From assembly GCA_963559755.1 (NCBI GenBank), contig CAUWMI010000019.1:1-50427 (forward strand): a DNA stretch of 50,427 nucleotides, in the 5' to 3' direction. Below the pieces are notes generated by a model. That model was not told the origin of the DNA, made no database searches, and saw only the letters and a list, made by a program, of their open reading frames with translations. This document shows, piece by piece, positions 9,917 through 19,500 of the stretch; the stretch's first letter is position 1; each line of letters opens with the position of its first letter. The position numbers and the translations under genes are program-made. Source of the stretch: an uncultured Slackia sp. GTDB taxonomy: Bacteria; Actinomycetota; Coriobacteriia; Coriobacteriales; Eggerthellaceae.

Positions 9917-10083
9917 CGCCGGCCGCGAGGCCCGAGGACGCACCACTCGCGGCAGAAAGCCGAATCGCACCGGCACACCGCGCGCTTCACGCAACGCGGG
10001 ACACTTTTGGAATCAAGCGCACGACCAAGCGCTGCGCTTTTTCACCTTGGCTTGACCGACGAGTAACCAAGAAGGGGGATACC

Positions 10084-12282
10084 ATGTCGAAGCACGCAAT
10101 AACCAGGCGAAGCTTTCTGGCCCGCAGCGGTGCCGCCGCGGCGCTTGCCGCAGGGGGCGGCTTTGTAAGCTTCAACGCCTGGGAGCAGGCGCACGCCGAC
10201 GAGGCGGGAGGCGGCCAGGAAACCACCGCGCACTCGCTGTGCAACTCCTGTTCGTCCAAATGCGGATTCACGGGATACGTGACCGACGGCCGTCTGGGCA
10301 AGATGATCGGCGACCCCGACCATCCGTACTGCGAGGGCACCCTGTGCGCCCGCGGCTACGGCTACGCCGCCATCGCCTATTCCGAGGATCGCCTGACCGA
10401 TCCGCTCAAGAAGAACGAAGCCGGCGAGTTCGAAGCCATCAGCTGGGAGCAGGCCTTCCAAGAGATCGGCGAAAAGCTCACCGCCATCATCGACGAGTCC
10501 GGCCCCGAGGCCATCTCGCTCGTCCACGACCCGCGCCCGTCCGGCAGCTTCTACTGCCCGCGCTTCATGACCGCCCTGGGCAGTCCCAACGTGTACACGC
10601 ACGGCGCTTCCTGCAACCTGTCCAAGACCAGCGGCTTCATGCAGGCCATCGGCGCCGGCGACTACTCGAGCGACATCGAGAACGCCAAGATGGTGCTGTT
10701 CATCGGCCGCTCCTACGCCGACGGCATTCGTCCTTCCTCGGTGCATGCGATGATGAAGGGCCACGACAACGGCTGCCATGTGGTCATCGTGGACCCGCGC
10801 TGCAACAACTCCATCCACTTCGCCGACGAGTGGGTGCCCATCAAGCCCGGCACCGATCTCGCGCTCGTGCTCGCGATGGCGAACGTCCTGGTGAGCCAGG
10901 GCACCTACGCCAAGGAGTACGTCGAGGCCAACGCCATCGGCTATGAGGATTGGTTCGCCAAGCTGCCCCAGTACACGCCCGAATGGGCCGAGGGCATCAC
11001 CGGCATCCCGGCCGACACCATCACGCGCCTGGCCAACGAGCTCTGGGAGGCGGCCCCCGCTTCGTCCATCGAGCAGAGCTGGCGCGCGGCATTCGGCTGC
11101 GCTTACCAGAACTCCGGCGAAACCGGCCGCGCGATCTGCCTGTTCAACACGCTGCTCGGCTGCTGGGGCGAAAAGGGCGGAGCCATCTTCTACGGCGGCG
11201 CCGCTGCTGGCCCGCTCGATCCACAGAAGTTCCCCGCGCCTCCCGCGGTCGAGGGCAAGAAGGTGGGTTCTGACGAGTACCCGCTCGCAGCCGCCAGCAT
11301 GGGCACCTGCCTCGCTGCAGCCGAAGCCGCCCTCGACGGTAAGATGCGCGCGATGATCACCTACCAGTCCAACATGGCCGCCGGCTACTCCAACCCGGCA
11401 CACCTGGCCGAATGCTTCGACGCCATGGACCTGGTGGTCGCCATCGACGTGCAGATGAGCGAGACCTGCATGTGCGCCGACTACGTGCTGCCCGACACCA
11501 GCTACCTCGAGCGCCTGGAAGTGCCTGAGTTCGTGGGCGGCAAGGTGCCCGTGGTGAGCCTGCGCGACCGCGTAATCGAGAAGGTGCATCCCAACACCAA
11601 GCCCGTCGACGAGATCTTCTCCGGTCTGGCCGAGGCGTGCGGCGTGGGTGAGTACTTCAACTTCACTATCGACGAGCTGGCCGACGCGCAGCTGCAGACG
11701 CTGGGTATCAGCCTGGCTGAGCTGCAGGAGAAGGGCACCATCACCTTCCCCGACATCAAGGTGGTCTACGGCCCCAAGACCGAGTGGGCCACCCCCACCG
11801 GCAAGATCCAGTTCACGAGCGATGCCTGCGCAGCGGCGGGTTTGCCCGCCTCCCCCGAGTGGCTTGAGCCGCGCGTGACGCCCGGCGACGGCGAGTTCCG
11901 CCTGATCGGCGGCAAGCAGGCCATCCACACGCACACCCAGACCGCCAACATCGAGCCGTTGATGGAAATCACCAAGAAGTACGGCCTCGACCGCATCTGG
12001 ATGAACGCCGACGTGGCGGCGCAGATGGGTATCGAGGAGAACGACGAGGTGGAGGTTTCCTCCAGCGAGTTCACCGGCACGACCCGCGTGCATGTGACCC
12101 AGCGCATCGAGCCCACGTCCATCTACCTGCCCAGCCACTACGGATGTTCGTCGCCCGACCAGCGCACGGCATACGGCGTGGGCCTGCGCCAGATGGACTT
12201 CGTACCCTTCGGCATCGAGCCCGTATACGGCGGGGCGTGCACGCAGGAAGCCATCGTCACGGTTAAGAAGGTAGGTGCATGA
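10084..12282 (+). CDS. Tat-exported molybdopterin oxidoreductase catalytic subunit, PsrA/PhsA-like
   Basis: TRRSFL twin-arginine signal; CNSCSSKC...LCARG 4Fe-4S motif; HGASC putative Cys ligand; ADYVLPDTSYLER. Confidence 0.9.
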   Translation: MSKHAITRRSFLARSGAAAALAAGGGFVSFNAWEQAHADEAGGGQETTAHSLCNSCSSKCGFTGYVTDGRLGKMIGDPDHPYCEGTLCARGYGYAAIAYSEDRLTDPLKKNEAGEFEAISWEQAFQEIGEKLTAIIDESGPEAISLVHDPRPSGSFYCPRFMTALGSPNVYTHGASCNLSKTSGFMQAIGAGDYSSDIENAKMVLFIGRSYADGIRPSSVHAMMKGHDNGCHVVIVDPRCNNSIHFADEWVPIKPGTDLALVLAMANVLVSQGTYAKEYVEANAIGYEDWFAKLPQYTPEWAEGITGIPADTITRLANELWEAAPASSIEQSWRAAFGCAYQNSGETGRAICLFNTLLGCWGEKGGAIFYGGAAAGPLDPQKFPAPPAVEGKKVGSDEYPLAAASMGTCLAAAEAALDGKMRAMITYQSNMAAGYSNPAHLAECFDAMDLVVAIDVQMSETCMCADYVLPDTSYLERLEVPEFVGGKVPVVSLRDRVIEKVHPNTKPVDEIFSGLAEACGVGEYFNFTIDELADAQLQTLGISLAELQEKGTITFPDIKVVYGPKTEWATPTGKIQFTSDACAAAGLPASPEWLEPRVTPGDGEFRLIGGKQAIHTHTQTANIEPLMEITKKYGLDRIWMNADVAAQMGIEENDEVEVSSSEFTGTTRVHVTQRIEPTSIYLPSHYGCSSPDQRTAYGVGLRQMDFVPFGIEPVYGGACTQEAIVTVKKVGA

Positions 12283-12821
12283 TGACCCGCTACGGAATGC
12301 TGATCAACACCCGCAAATGCATCGGCTGCTATGCGTGCCGTACGGCCTGCCAGCGTCAGAACGGCCTAGCCGCCGATATCGACTACATCCGCTACGAGGA
12401 GAAGGAAACCGGCAAGCTGCCCGTCGTGGGCATCGAGACCGTGCCCATCCAGTGCATGCACTGCGAGGATGCCCCGTGCGCCAAGGTGTGCCCCACCGGC
12501 GCGACGCACATCGAAGAGGGCGGCATCGTGCGCGTGGATGAGAGCCGCTGCATCGGTTGCAAGTACTGCATGACCGCCTGCCCCTATCAGGTGCGCGTGC
12601 ACAACAAGGTCACCGGCGTGGCCGAGAAGTGCCGCCTGTGCACCGTGGGCGCGCTCGACGGCACCCCGATGTGCTCGTGCGTGGAGGCCTGCCTCACCGG
12701 CGCGCGCATCTTCGGCGACCTGGACGATCCTCAGAGCGAAATCTCGCGTGCGATCGTCGAGCTGAACGCGCAGCCGCTTGCGGGCGACCTGACGAAGTCC
12801 AAAATCTTCTACGTGAGGTGA
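12279..12821 (+). CDS. 4Fe-4S dicluster electron-transfer subunit (PsrB/NrfC-like)
   Basis: CIGCYACRTAC, CMHCEDAPCAKVCP, CIGCKYCMTACPY and KCRLC...CVEAC cysteine motifs. Confidence 0.93.
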   Translation: MMTRYGMLINTRKCIGCYACRTACQRQNGLAADIDYIRYEEKETGKLPVVGIETVPIQCMHCEDAPCAKVCPTGATHIEEGGIVRVDESRCIGCKYCMTACPYQVRVHNKVTGVAEKCRLCTVGALDGTPMCSCVEACLTGARIFGDLDDPQSEISRAIVELNAQPLAGDLTKSKIFYVR

Positions 12822-12827
12822 TGAAAG

Positions 12828-13721
12828 ATGACGTACGAACCTATTTGGGGCTCCATCATCGCATGGTACCTGTTCCTCGCCGGCCTGGGCGCGGGCGCCT
12901 ACATCACTTCGGCGTTCCTCGGCTGGCGCCATCCCGACGCGACCTCCATGCGCCGCACCGGACACATCGTGGCCCCCATCGCGGTGGCTATCGGCCTGGT
13001 GCTGCTCATGATTGACGCCGAGGCGGGCCTGCACAACCCCATCCGCTTCTTCTATCTGCTCACCAACTGGGGTTCGGTCATGACCTGGGGCGTGGTGTTC
13101 CTGAGCCTGTTCATGGTGGTGGCCATCGTGGCCGTCGTGATGGACTTCATGAAGAAATCCATCCCCACCTGGCTTGACATCGTGGGCGTTGTCATCTCGC
13201 TGTGCGTGGCCGCCTACACCGGCGCGCTGCTGGGCGTGTGCCAGACCTACCCGCTGTGGAACAACGCGCTGCTGCCCGTGCTGTTCGTGGTGGGCGCCAT
13301 GAGCGCCGGCGCCGCAAGCGTGCTGATGCTGGCCGTCATCCGCCATGCCGACGAGTTCAACCGCGTGGGCGTGCTCAAGAAGTTCCACTTCTGCCTGCCC
13401 ATCATCGAGCTTCTGCTGGTGGCGTCGCTCCTGTTCATCACCGGGCAGACCAACTCCGCCGGCGCGGCAAGCGTGGCCAACCTGGTAAGCGGCGAGTGGG
13501 CGCTGTGGTTCTGGATCGGCCTGGTGGCCGTGGGCCTGGTGCTTCCCACCGTGCTCGAGCTGTGGCTGCTGTTCTTCAGCCCTAAGGAGTTTGAGGAAAG
13601 CCGCAAGGCGCACTGGATCAGCTTCGCCTCTGACATCAGCGTGCTCGTGGGCGGCTTCATGCTCCGCTACCTGGTGGTCATGGCGGCCGTGCCCCTGACC
13701 ATGGTGGTTGCGCTGGCGTAG
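12828..13721 (+). CDS. NrfD/PsrC-family membrane anchor
   Basis: WGSIIAWYLFLAGLGAG, SVMTWG, YTGALL and PLWN motifs; about 8 TM. Confidence 0.92.
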   Translation: MTYEPIWGSIIAWYLFLAGLGAGAYITSAFLGWRHPDATSMRRTGHIVAPIAVAIGLVLLMIDAEAGLHNPIRFFYLLTNWGSVMTWGVVFLSLFMVVAIVAVVMDFMKKSIPTWLDIVGVVISLCVAAYTGALLGVCQTYPLWNNALLPVLFVVGAMSAGAASVLMLAVIRHADEFNRVGVLKKFHFCLPIIELLLVASLLFITGQTNSAGAASVANLVSGEWALWFWIGLVAVGLVLPTVLELWLLFFSPKEFEESRKAHWISFASDISVLVGGFMLRYLVVMAAVPLTMVVALA

Positions 13722-13771
13722 CGCAAACCGAGACACCGCACACCGCTTAAGACGTGGTGCATCGTTAACGC

Positions 13772-13803
13772 AAAAGGAGCCGGACCAATGCCGGCTCCTT
13801 TTT
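13772..13803. terminator. Bidirectional intrinsic terminator between the psr-like operon and bioY
   Basis: AAAAGGAGCCGG-N7-CCGGCTCCTTTT. Confidence 0.85.
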
Positions 13804-13942
13804 GTTTGCGCCTAGGCGTTACTCACGCCCGGGGAAATACTCGTTTTCTCGCGCATTCCGCGTAAAACCCCGGATATAAACGCCGCGCGGCCAACTAGCC
13901 GCAAGCGTAATACGCCAAGGGCTCGCGAAAGATGAGCGAAGC

Positions 13943-14572
13943 CTATGCCGCCTTGGTGCGGAGGGCCGGCACGGCGCTACGGATAGCGTGCGCGAGCGAC
14001 GCAGCCACGACGATCTTAATGACGTCGGGCACGATGAAGGGCGCGATGCCCGCCATAAAGGCAGCGAGCGGATCCATACCCGCCACAGCCATGAGCTGAG
14101 CCCAGCCGCACACATAGGACACGAGCAGCAGCGCCAGCGCCGCCACGTATTCGCGCGCCAGGCCCATAACCAGCACGCCGCCACGCTTGCCGGCCCGGGA
14201 TTCAGAAGATTCCTTAGCCGCAGGAGCTTTCCACGCCTTGAGAATCAGCACCGCAGCCACGGCGCCCAAGCCAAAGCCCACGATGAAACCGCCCGTGGAA
14301 CCCATGAGGGCAGCCAGACCGCCCTTCATGCCCGAGAACACCGGCGCGCCCAGGGCGCCCAGAATCAGGTAGCCGAAGATGCTCACCAGAGCCTCGCGCG
14401 CCGGAAACAGCAGCACCACGAACACGAGCATCATGATCTGCAGCGTAAACGGCACGGGGCCCAGCGGAACGGTGATCCAGGAAGCCACGGCAAGCAGCGC
14501 GATAGCAAGGCCGCAGAACGCGATGGACTCGGCTCGAAAGAGCGCTGCGTTTTTCGTAGGAACCAATTTCAT
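13943..14572 (-). CDS. bioY: Biotin transporter BioY
   Basis: PVPFTLQ, LGALGAPVFSG and TGGFIVGF motifs. Confidence 0.92.
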   Translation of the reverse strand: MKLVPTKNAALFRAESIAFCGLAIALLAVASWITVPLGPVPFTLQIMMLVFVVLLFPAREALVSIFGYLILGALGAPVFSGMKGGLAALMGSTGGFIVGFGLGAVAAVLILKAWKAPAAKESSESRAGKRGGVLVMGLAREYVAALALLLVSYVCGWAQLMAVAGMDPLAAFMAGIAPFIVPDVIKIVVAASLAHAIRSAVPALRTKAA

Positions 14573-14829
14573 CTCTTTCTCGTTGACGGCGCCAGCTTCG
14601 CAGGACAGATGCCCGCTCAGTCCGACGCCTGCGCAGCATATGGCAAACTTCTCCTAGGCCACCAACGGCGGATGGCCCCGAAATCGTATGCCTCTGCTGC
14701 AAAGGGGTAAGAACCCGCCGATTGTAGCATGACATTGTGAAGGGTCACTATCACGCGCTAGCTTACTAAAGCACTCCCCCAAAACAGCACAATGCCCAAA
14801 CGAAGGCTGAATTTTGATTTGCGATTTGG

Positions 14830-15369
14830 CTACTGCACCTTGACCAGGGAGAACACGTCTACATCGGTGGCCTGAGCAATGGCCTCGCGCGGGTTCAAGA
14901 ACGCGAGCTCCATCAGAAAACCCATGCCTGCAAGACGCGCGCCGAACTTCTCCACCAGCTTCACCTGCGCCACCGCCGTGCCACCCGTAGCAACCAAATC
15001 GTCCACCAGCAGCACCACGTCATCCGCTGAGATGGCATCGGCATGAATCTGCAGCTCATCGGTGCCGTATTCGAGCGCGTAGGACTCGCTCACCACCTCG
15101 CGCGGCAGCTTGCCCGGCTTGCGCGCAGGCACAAACCCAGCGCCCAGCTTATACGCCACAGGAGCGCCCACCATGAATCCGCGCGCCTCAGCGCCGATGA
15201 CCTTGGTCACCCCGGCATCCTTGAAATGGTCGGCGATGCGGTCAACCATGGCGGCAAAGCCCTCCGGGTTGCCCAACACCGGCGTGATGTCCTTGAACAC
15301 GACACCCGGCTCGGGGTAATCGGGGATGTCAATGATGAGGTCTTCCAGGTTGATCTGAGACGCGGGCAT
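14830..15369 (-). CDS. apt: Adenine phosphoribosyltransferase
   Basis: PGVVFKDITP, EARGF, RKPGKLP, YALEYG and VDDLVATGGT motifs. Confidence 0.96.
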   Translation of the reverse strand: MPASQINLEDLIIDIPDYPEPGVVFKDITPVLGNPEGFAAMVDRIADHFKDAGVTKVIGAEARGFMVGAPVAYKLGAGFVPARKPGKLPREVVSESYALEYGTDELQIHADAISADDVVLLVDDLVATGGTAVAQVKLVEKFGARLAGMGFLMELAFLNPREAIAQATDVDVFSLVKVQ

Positions 15370-15477
15370 GCCGATCCTCTCCTCATTCGCGCCCCGCCTT
15401 GGCGAAAGGCGCCTTCTATCCTATACATTCCGCTCACGCCATCGAAACGAATCGGGCGAAAGCGGTGCTCCGACAAC

Positions 15478-15510
15478 AAAAAAGGGGAACGCCGGGTGTG
15501 GCGTTCCCCT
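15478..15510 (-). terminator. Terminator after tRNA-Leu
   Basis: AGGGGAACGCC / GGCGTTCCCCT stem with a T run on the minus strand. Confidence 0.82.
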
Positions 15511-15522
15511 GTTGGCGCGGGA

Positions 15523-15605
15523 TGGTGCCCGAGGCGAGAGTCGAACTCGCACGTCAAAGACAACGGTTTTTGAGACCGCCGCGTCTGCCATTCCGCCACT
15601 CGGGC
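15523..15605 (-). tRNA. tRNA-Leu(CAA)
   Basis: GCCCGAGTGGCGGAATGGCAGACGCGGCGGTCT-CAA-AAACCGTTGTCTTTGACGTGCGAGTTCGACTCTCGCCTCGGGCACCA: acceptor stem, variable arm, GTTCGA T-loop, encoded CCA. Confidence 0.95.
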
Positions 15606-15799
15606 GCGAATGGACATTATATATGAACCAGCGCCGCCGCGCCACGAGGAATTGAACGGCGCATGAGACAATGATTCAACATCCCTTCTCAGGGGCGCGC
15701 GACACCGAGGCTCTGGTATGATTCGCACGCCAAAAACCAGACGCATCATGAGGCAAAACACTACAGTAGCCAAAATGCGCCGAGGCCGGAGGGGGATCA

Positions 15800-17239
15800 T
15801 TGGACAAACAAACATTGAGGGCATTCGTCCTCTGCACCATAGCGGGTGCTTTTTCTGGTGCCGGAACTCGTATCCTCAACACCGATTTCATCGCCCCGCT
15901 CACCATGCTTGCTCCGTTCTTGCGCGACACGGTGTTTGTCGCCGCCTCGGCGGCGGGCTGGATCGCGTTTGCAATGATATTCAGCAGAATCGTCATCGCC
16001 AAACACACTCGCACGCTTTTCGCCACCTCAATTGTCGCCATCGCGCTCGCCTCGGGCGTGGCCCTCGTTTCCGGTTCCTCCCTCGCTGGGGGCCACGCGG
16101 CGGCCCTCGCCTTTGCCATTCTGGGGTCGGTATGGATTGATGCCGCTCTCGTTTTGGCGCTCTGCCGACTCGGCGAGCCGCGCATCATCGCGCTTTCCGT
16201 GTGCCTTTCTATGGGATTGAGCGCCCTGCTTCAAGGCGCAGTTGATGCCTTGCCTTCCCTGCTGCGCTTCGTCTCTTTTTGCCTCATGGAGATTGCCTGT
16301 CTCATCGCCACGCAGCGATTGGCCTGCCGATTCCTTGAAAACATCGAGCCCGCCCCCGTGCGCGACCTTGCTCTTCAGCAGCCCGGTTCGTTCCTCAAGC
16401 TGACCAATCCCGTGTTCGCGTGCTTTTTCACGTTCTCGTTCCTTTCGGGCTTCGCGCTTGCGCTGAACGTCATCGCCGGCGTGCCCATAAACCTCCCCTT
16501 GGCATCGATATGCTCGTTCATCGCGTCCGCCGCGCTCCTGATCGCAGCACACAGGCAGACATTCATCGACCTGGCTGCCAAGGTGGCTGCTCTGGTGTCC
16601 ATTGCGGGTATTCTTCTGGCCATTTCCATTGGATCAACCCCCTTGGCCCCCTTGGCAAACATCGCCCTTGGTGCAGCCAACGCATGCTTTTCGATGCTTC
16701 TTATGCTATGCATGACGTCGCTCTGCAAACGCAACCCCAGCGGCGCACCACTCGTTATCGCGTTCAGCAACCTTCTTACGTCGTTGGGAATAGACCTGGG
16801 AGCTTTGACCGGCCACTCCGCCAATGCCTTTTTCGCCGATCATCCGAGCCTTGCCTCGCTGTTTCTATCGGGCATGCTCATCACGTTCATCGCGCTATGC
16901 TTCGCGTGGATTTCGCGCTACAAGTTCGCCGACATCATCTTTGACGTGAAGCCGGTCAAGGCCATCGTCGCCCAAAATGCCGCCGAAGACGAAGGCGACT
17001 TCTTCGCGCACGTATGCAGTGAGATCGCCGCCGCCAGGGGGCTCACGAAGCGTGAATCCGAGATTTTCGCCATGCTCGCCAAAGGACGCAACGGAAAATT
17101 CATCGAGGACTTTTACACCGTTTCATACAACACCGTGAAGACCCACGTGAAGCACATCTACACCAAGCTCGATGTGCACTCCCAGCAGGAGCTTATCGAC
17201 CTCGTAGAGCGCAAGATGTCCGAGAAGCGCAGTAAATAA
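15800..17239 (+). CDS. Multi-transmembrane LuxR-family transcriptional regulator
   Basis: TTG start after GGAGGGGG; hydrophobic N-terminal domain; LTKRESEIFAMLAKGR...TVKTHVKHIYTK. Confidence 0.88.
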   Translation: MDKQTLRAFVLCTIAGAFSGAGTRILNTDFIAPLTMLAPFLRDTVFVAASAAGWIAFAMIFSRIVIAKHTRTLFATSIVAIALASGVALVSGSSLAGGHAAALAFAILGSVWIDAALVLALCRLGEPRIIALSVCLSMGLSALLQGAVDALPSLLRFVSFCLMEIACLIATQRLACRFLENIEPAPVRDLALQQPGSFLKLTNPVFACFFTFSFLSGFALALNVIAGVPINLPLASICSFIASAALLIAAHRQTFIDLAAKVAALVSIAGILLAISIGSTPLAPLANIALGAANACFSMLLMLCMTSLCKRNPSGAPLVIAFSNLLTSLGIDLGALTGHSANAFFADHPSLASLFLSGMLITFIALCFAWISRYKFADIIFDVKPVKAIVAQNAAEDEGDFFAHVCSEIAAARGLTKRESEIFAMLAKGRNGKFIEDFYTVSYNTVKTHVKHIYTKLDVHSQQELIDLVERKMSEKRSK

Positions 17240-17340
17240 AAAGGCGGCATGCCGTTGCACACCGCCCAGTTGGAGGGGAAGAGAAGGCTTGGCGCCGCAC
17301 CTAAGGGAGGGGAAGGGCGCGGCGCCAAGCGGAGGATGGA

Positions 17341-19086
17341 TTAGTCCAGGTCGCCCGCGATGTGGCGCACGGCGTGACGCGCGAAGGTAAGCGTACGGCC
17401 GCAGGCCATGCCATGGGTGAGGTTGTAGTAGCCGTCGGCGAAGATGCCGCCAGAGCAGTCACCCGCAGCGTAGAGGCCGGGAATCACATCGCCGTCGGTG
17501 TTGTACACCTGCATGTCGGTGTTGATGCGCAGGCCGTCGCCGGTGGACAGGATGATGCCGCCCAGGGTAACGCCGTAGAACGGGGCCTTGCGAATGGCAG
17601 AGAGCATGTAGGGCTCCTTGCCGAAGTCCTCGTCCTCCTGCTTGTCGTAGAGCTCGTTGTAGCGCTCAACGGTGGCCAGGAAGTTCTCCTTGTACTCGCC
17701 CTCGAGCAGCAGGCCATCAGCCAGCTCTTCAAGCGTGTCGGCCTTGATGACCACGCCCTTGTCAATCCAATCCTTCAGCATGTCGTCCATGCTCATGAAG
17801 GAGAGCATCATGCGGGTGAGGCCCGCGCAGCCCAGGCTGTGGAAGCGGTCGACATCCTCGGCGAAGTTGGAGTCCCAGATCTCCAGGTACACGCCGCCCG
17901 GCTGACCGGCTGCAGCATAGGGAGCCCAATCGTAGTTCGCATCCTCGTTGAAGAAGCGCTCGCCGTGGGTGTTCACTTTGAGGAACGGCTGGGAACCGGG
18001 GTTGAACTGGCCGTTCGAAGGCATGGTGAACGAGGGGGCGCCGGCCTCGATACTCTCGGCGGTGTAGCCCGCCTTGGTGCCAGGCACAACCGCACCGCGG
18101 TCGAACACCATTGCCATCGCCTCAGCGTCCTTCATGGCACCGGCCCACATGCCGGCCTTGATGCCCATGCCGGTGTTGCCGGGCAGAGCATCGCTCGCGG
18201 TCAGGCAGCGCGTCATAAGGGGGTTAAGGGCATCGAGCATGTCGGGGTTGGAGGCATAGCCGCCCGTGGTCAGCAGCACGTTCTTGGCGTTGATTTGCAC
18301 GTAGCCATCGGCAGTGTTGAAGATTGCGCCCGTCACCGCGCCGGACTCGTCCTGCACCAGCTTTGCAAGGTCGTAGTTGAACGTGACCTCGTGGCCGGCC
18401 TGCTTGATGTAGTCCTGGAAGATGTCGTTACGGGTGAGCGCGGCGTATTCCTCGGGGCAATCCTCGCGGGCAACGTAGTTCACCTGAATCGGCGGCACGT
18501 ACATGTCGATGCCGACGCCGCCATGACCCTTGCCCTGATCGGAGTCGAAGTTCACATCGAAGCCGTAGGAGTCCATGATGCCCTTGACCCACTCGTGCAT
18601 GCTGGCGGATTCATTCATCCACACCTTGGCCACGCGCATGTCGTTCTTGCCGCAGTATGCCTGACGCATCACGTTGCCCAGCTTGATGGTATCGACCTCT
18701 TTGCCCGCCTCGGCGCACTCGGGGATGTTGACCGCACCATACCAGTTGCGCGTAACCGCCAGAGCGGCCGTCTTCTCGACCACCATGAAGTCAAGGCCCA
18801 GGTCGCACGCCGTGGCAGCAGCAGCCATGCCGCCGTTGCCTGCGCCCACGATGAGCAGCTTGGTCTCTTTGGTTTCAACGATATCGCCCTCAGCGATCTC
18901 GGGAGCCTCGCCCAACCAGGCGGGCGTCTGGCCGACGAGCGTCTTCACCTCAGCGGCGGCCGAATCGGCAGCCTCGCTCGAAGACGAGGCCTGAGGCGCG
19001 CAGCCTGCCATGCTCGCAGCGGCAACGGCGCCCGCGGCAACGGCGGCGCCCGTCAGGAAGTTGCGGCGAGTCAAACCCTTTTCCAT
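17341..19086 (-). CDS. Tat-exported FAD-dependent reductase, flavocytochrome c / fumarate reductase flavoprotein superfamily (probable lipoprotein)
   Basis: TRRNFL signal, MAGC lipobox, VGAGNGG FAD site, TTGGY, GERFFNE and GLYAAGD motifs. Confidence 0.9.
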   Translation of the reverse strand: MEKGLTRRNFLTGAAVAAGAVAAASMAGCAPQASSSSEAADSAAAEVKTLVGQTPAWLGEAPEIAEGDIVETKETKLLIVGAGNGGMAAAATACDLGLDFMVVEKTAALAVTRNWYGAVNIPECAEAGKEVDTIKLGNVMRQAYCGKNDMRVAKVWMNESASMHEWVKGIMDSYGFDVNFDSDQGKGHGGVGIDMYVPPIQVNYVAREDCPEEYAALTRNDIFQDYIKQAGHEVTFNYDLAKLVQDESGAVTGAIFNTADGYVQINAKNVLLTTGGYASNPDMLDALNPLMTRCLTASDALPGNTGMGIKAGMWAGAMKDAEAMAMVFDRGAVVPGTKAGYTAESIEAGAPSFTMPSNGQFNPGSQPFLKVNTHGERFFNEDANYDWAPYAAAGQPGGVYLEIWDSNFAEDVDRFHSLGCAGLTRMMLSFMSMDDMLKDWIDKGVVIKADTLEELADGLLLEGEYKENFLATVERYNELYDKQEDEDFGKEPYMLSAIRKAPFYGVTLGGIILSTGDGLRINTDMQVYNTDGDVIPGLYAAGDCSGGIFADGYYNLTHGMACGRTLTFARHAVRHIAGDLD

Positions 19087-19500
19087 GTTTCCCTCCTCGG
19101 AAGATTACCTTCAGCATCCGGGGATTCCTGCCACCCTTTCGGCGGAATCCATTCGCGCCCCTTCACCTCGTCGGAGAGGGAAGCGCGAACCAAGCCGGCG
19201 CTTTTCGAAACGCCACGCATCCTAGGCACGCAGGACGGGCGATTCGTCACCCCCTGCAGGGGATTTCTCACCATCCTCTTGTTCACCAGGCAAAACACGT
19301 TCTCACCCTGCCCCGTATCACCCTCTGCTGGTGAGCGAAGCTAGGCGGCACCTTCGTCTTATTTGCGGCGGAAAAGCGTCCTTGCGACGGACGCGCGATT
19401 GCGTGGTGATAGAATGCGAGCGGATTCACGAAACCCGCGTTTGCCGATACGGGGCACGCGCTGCGCAATCTCGCGCCCAAACATGAAGAAAGGGGCGGCT

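Noticed and set aside
10084-12282. Selenocysteine recoding in the molybdoenzyme
   Set aside because: The ORF is uninterrupted and the putative ligand is a normal Cys codon.
14573-14829. BirA operator upstream of bioY
   Set aside because: No TGTAAAC-N14-16-GTTTACA-like palindrome was seen, and the local ligase has no HTH.
15523-15605. tRNA-Leu as an integration site
   Set aside because: No duplicated 3' end and no integrase; the tRNA is followed directly by its terminator and apt.
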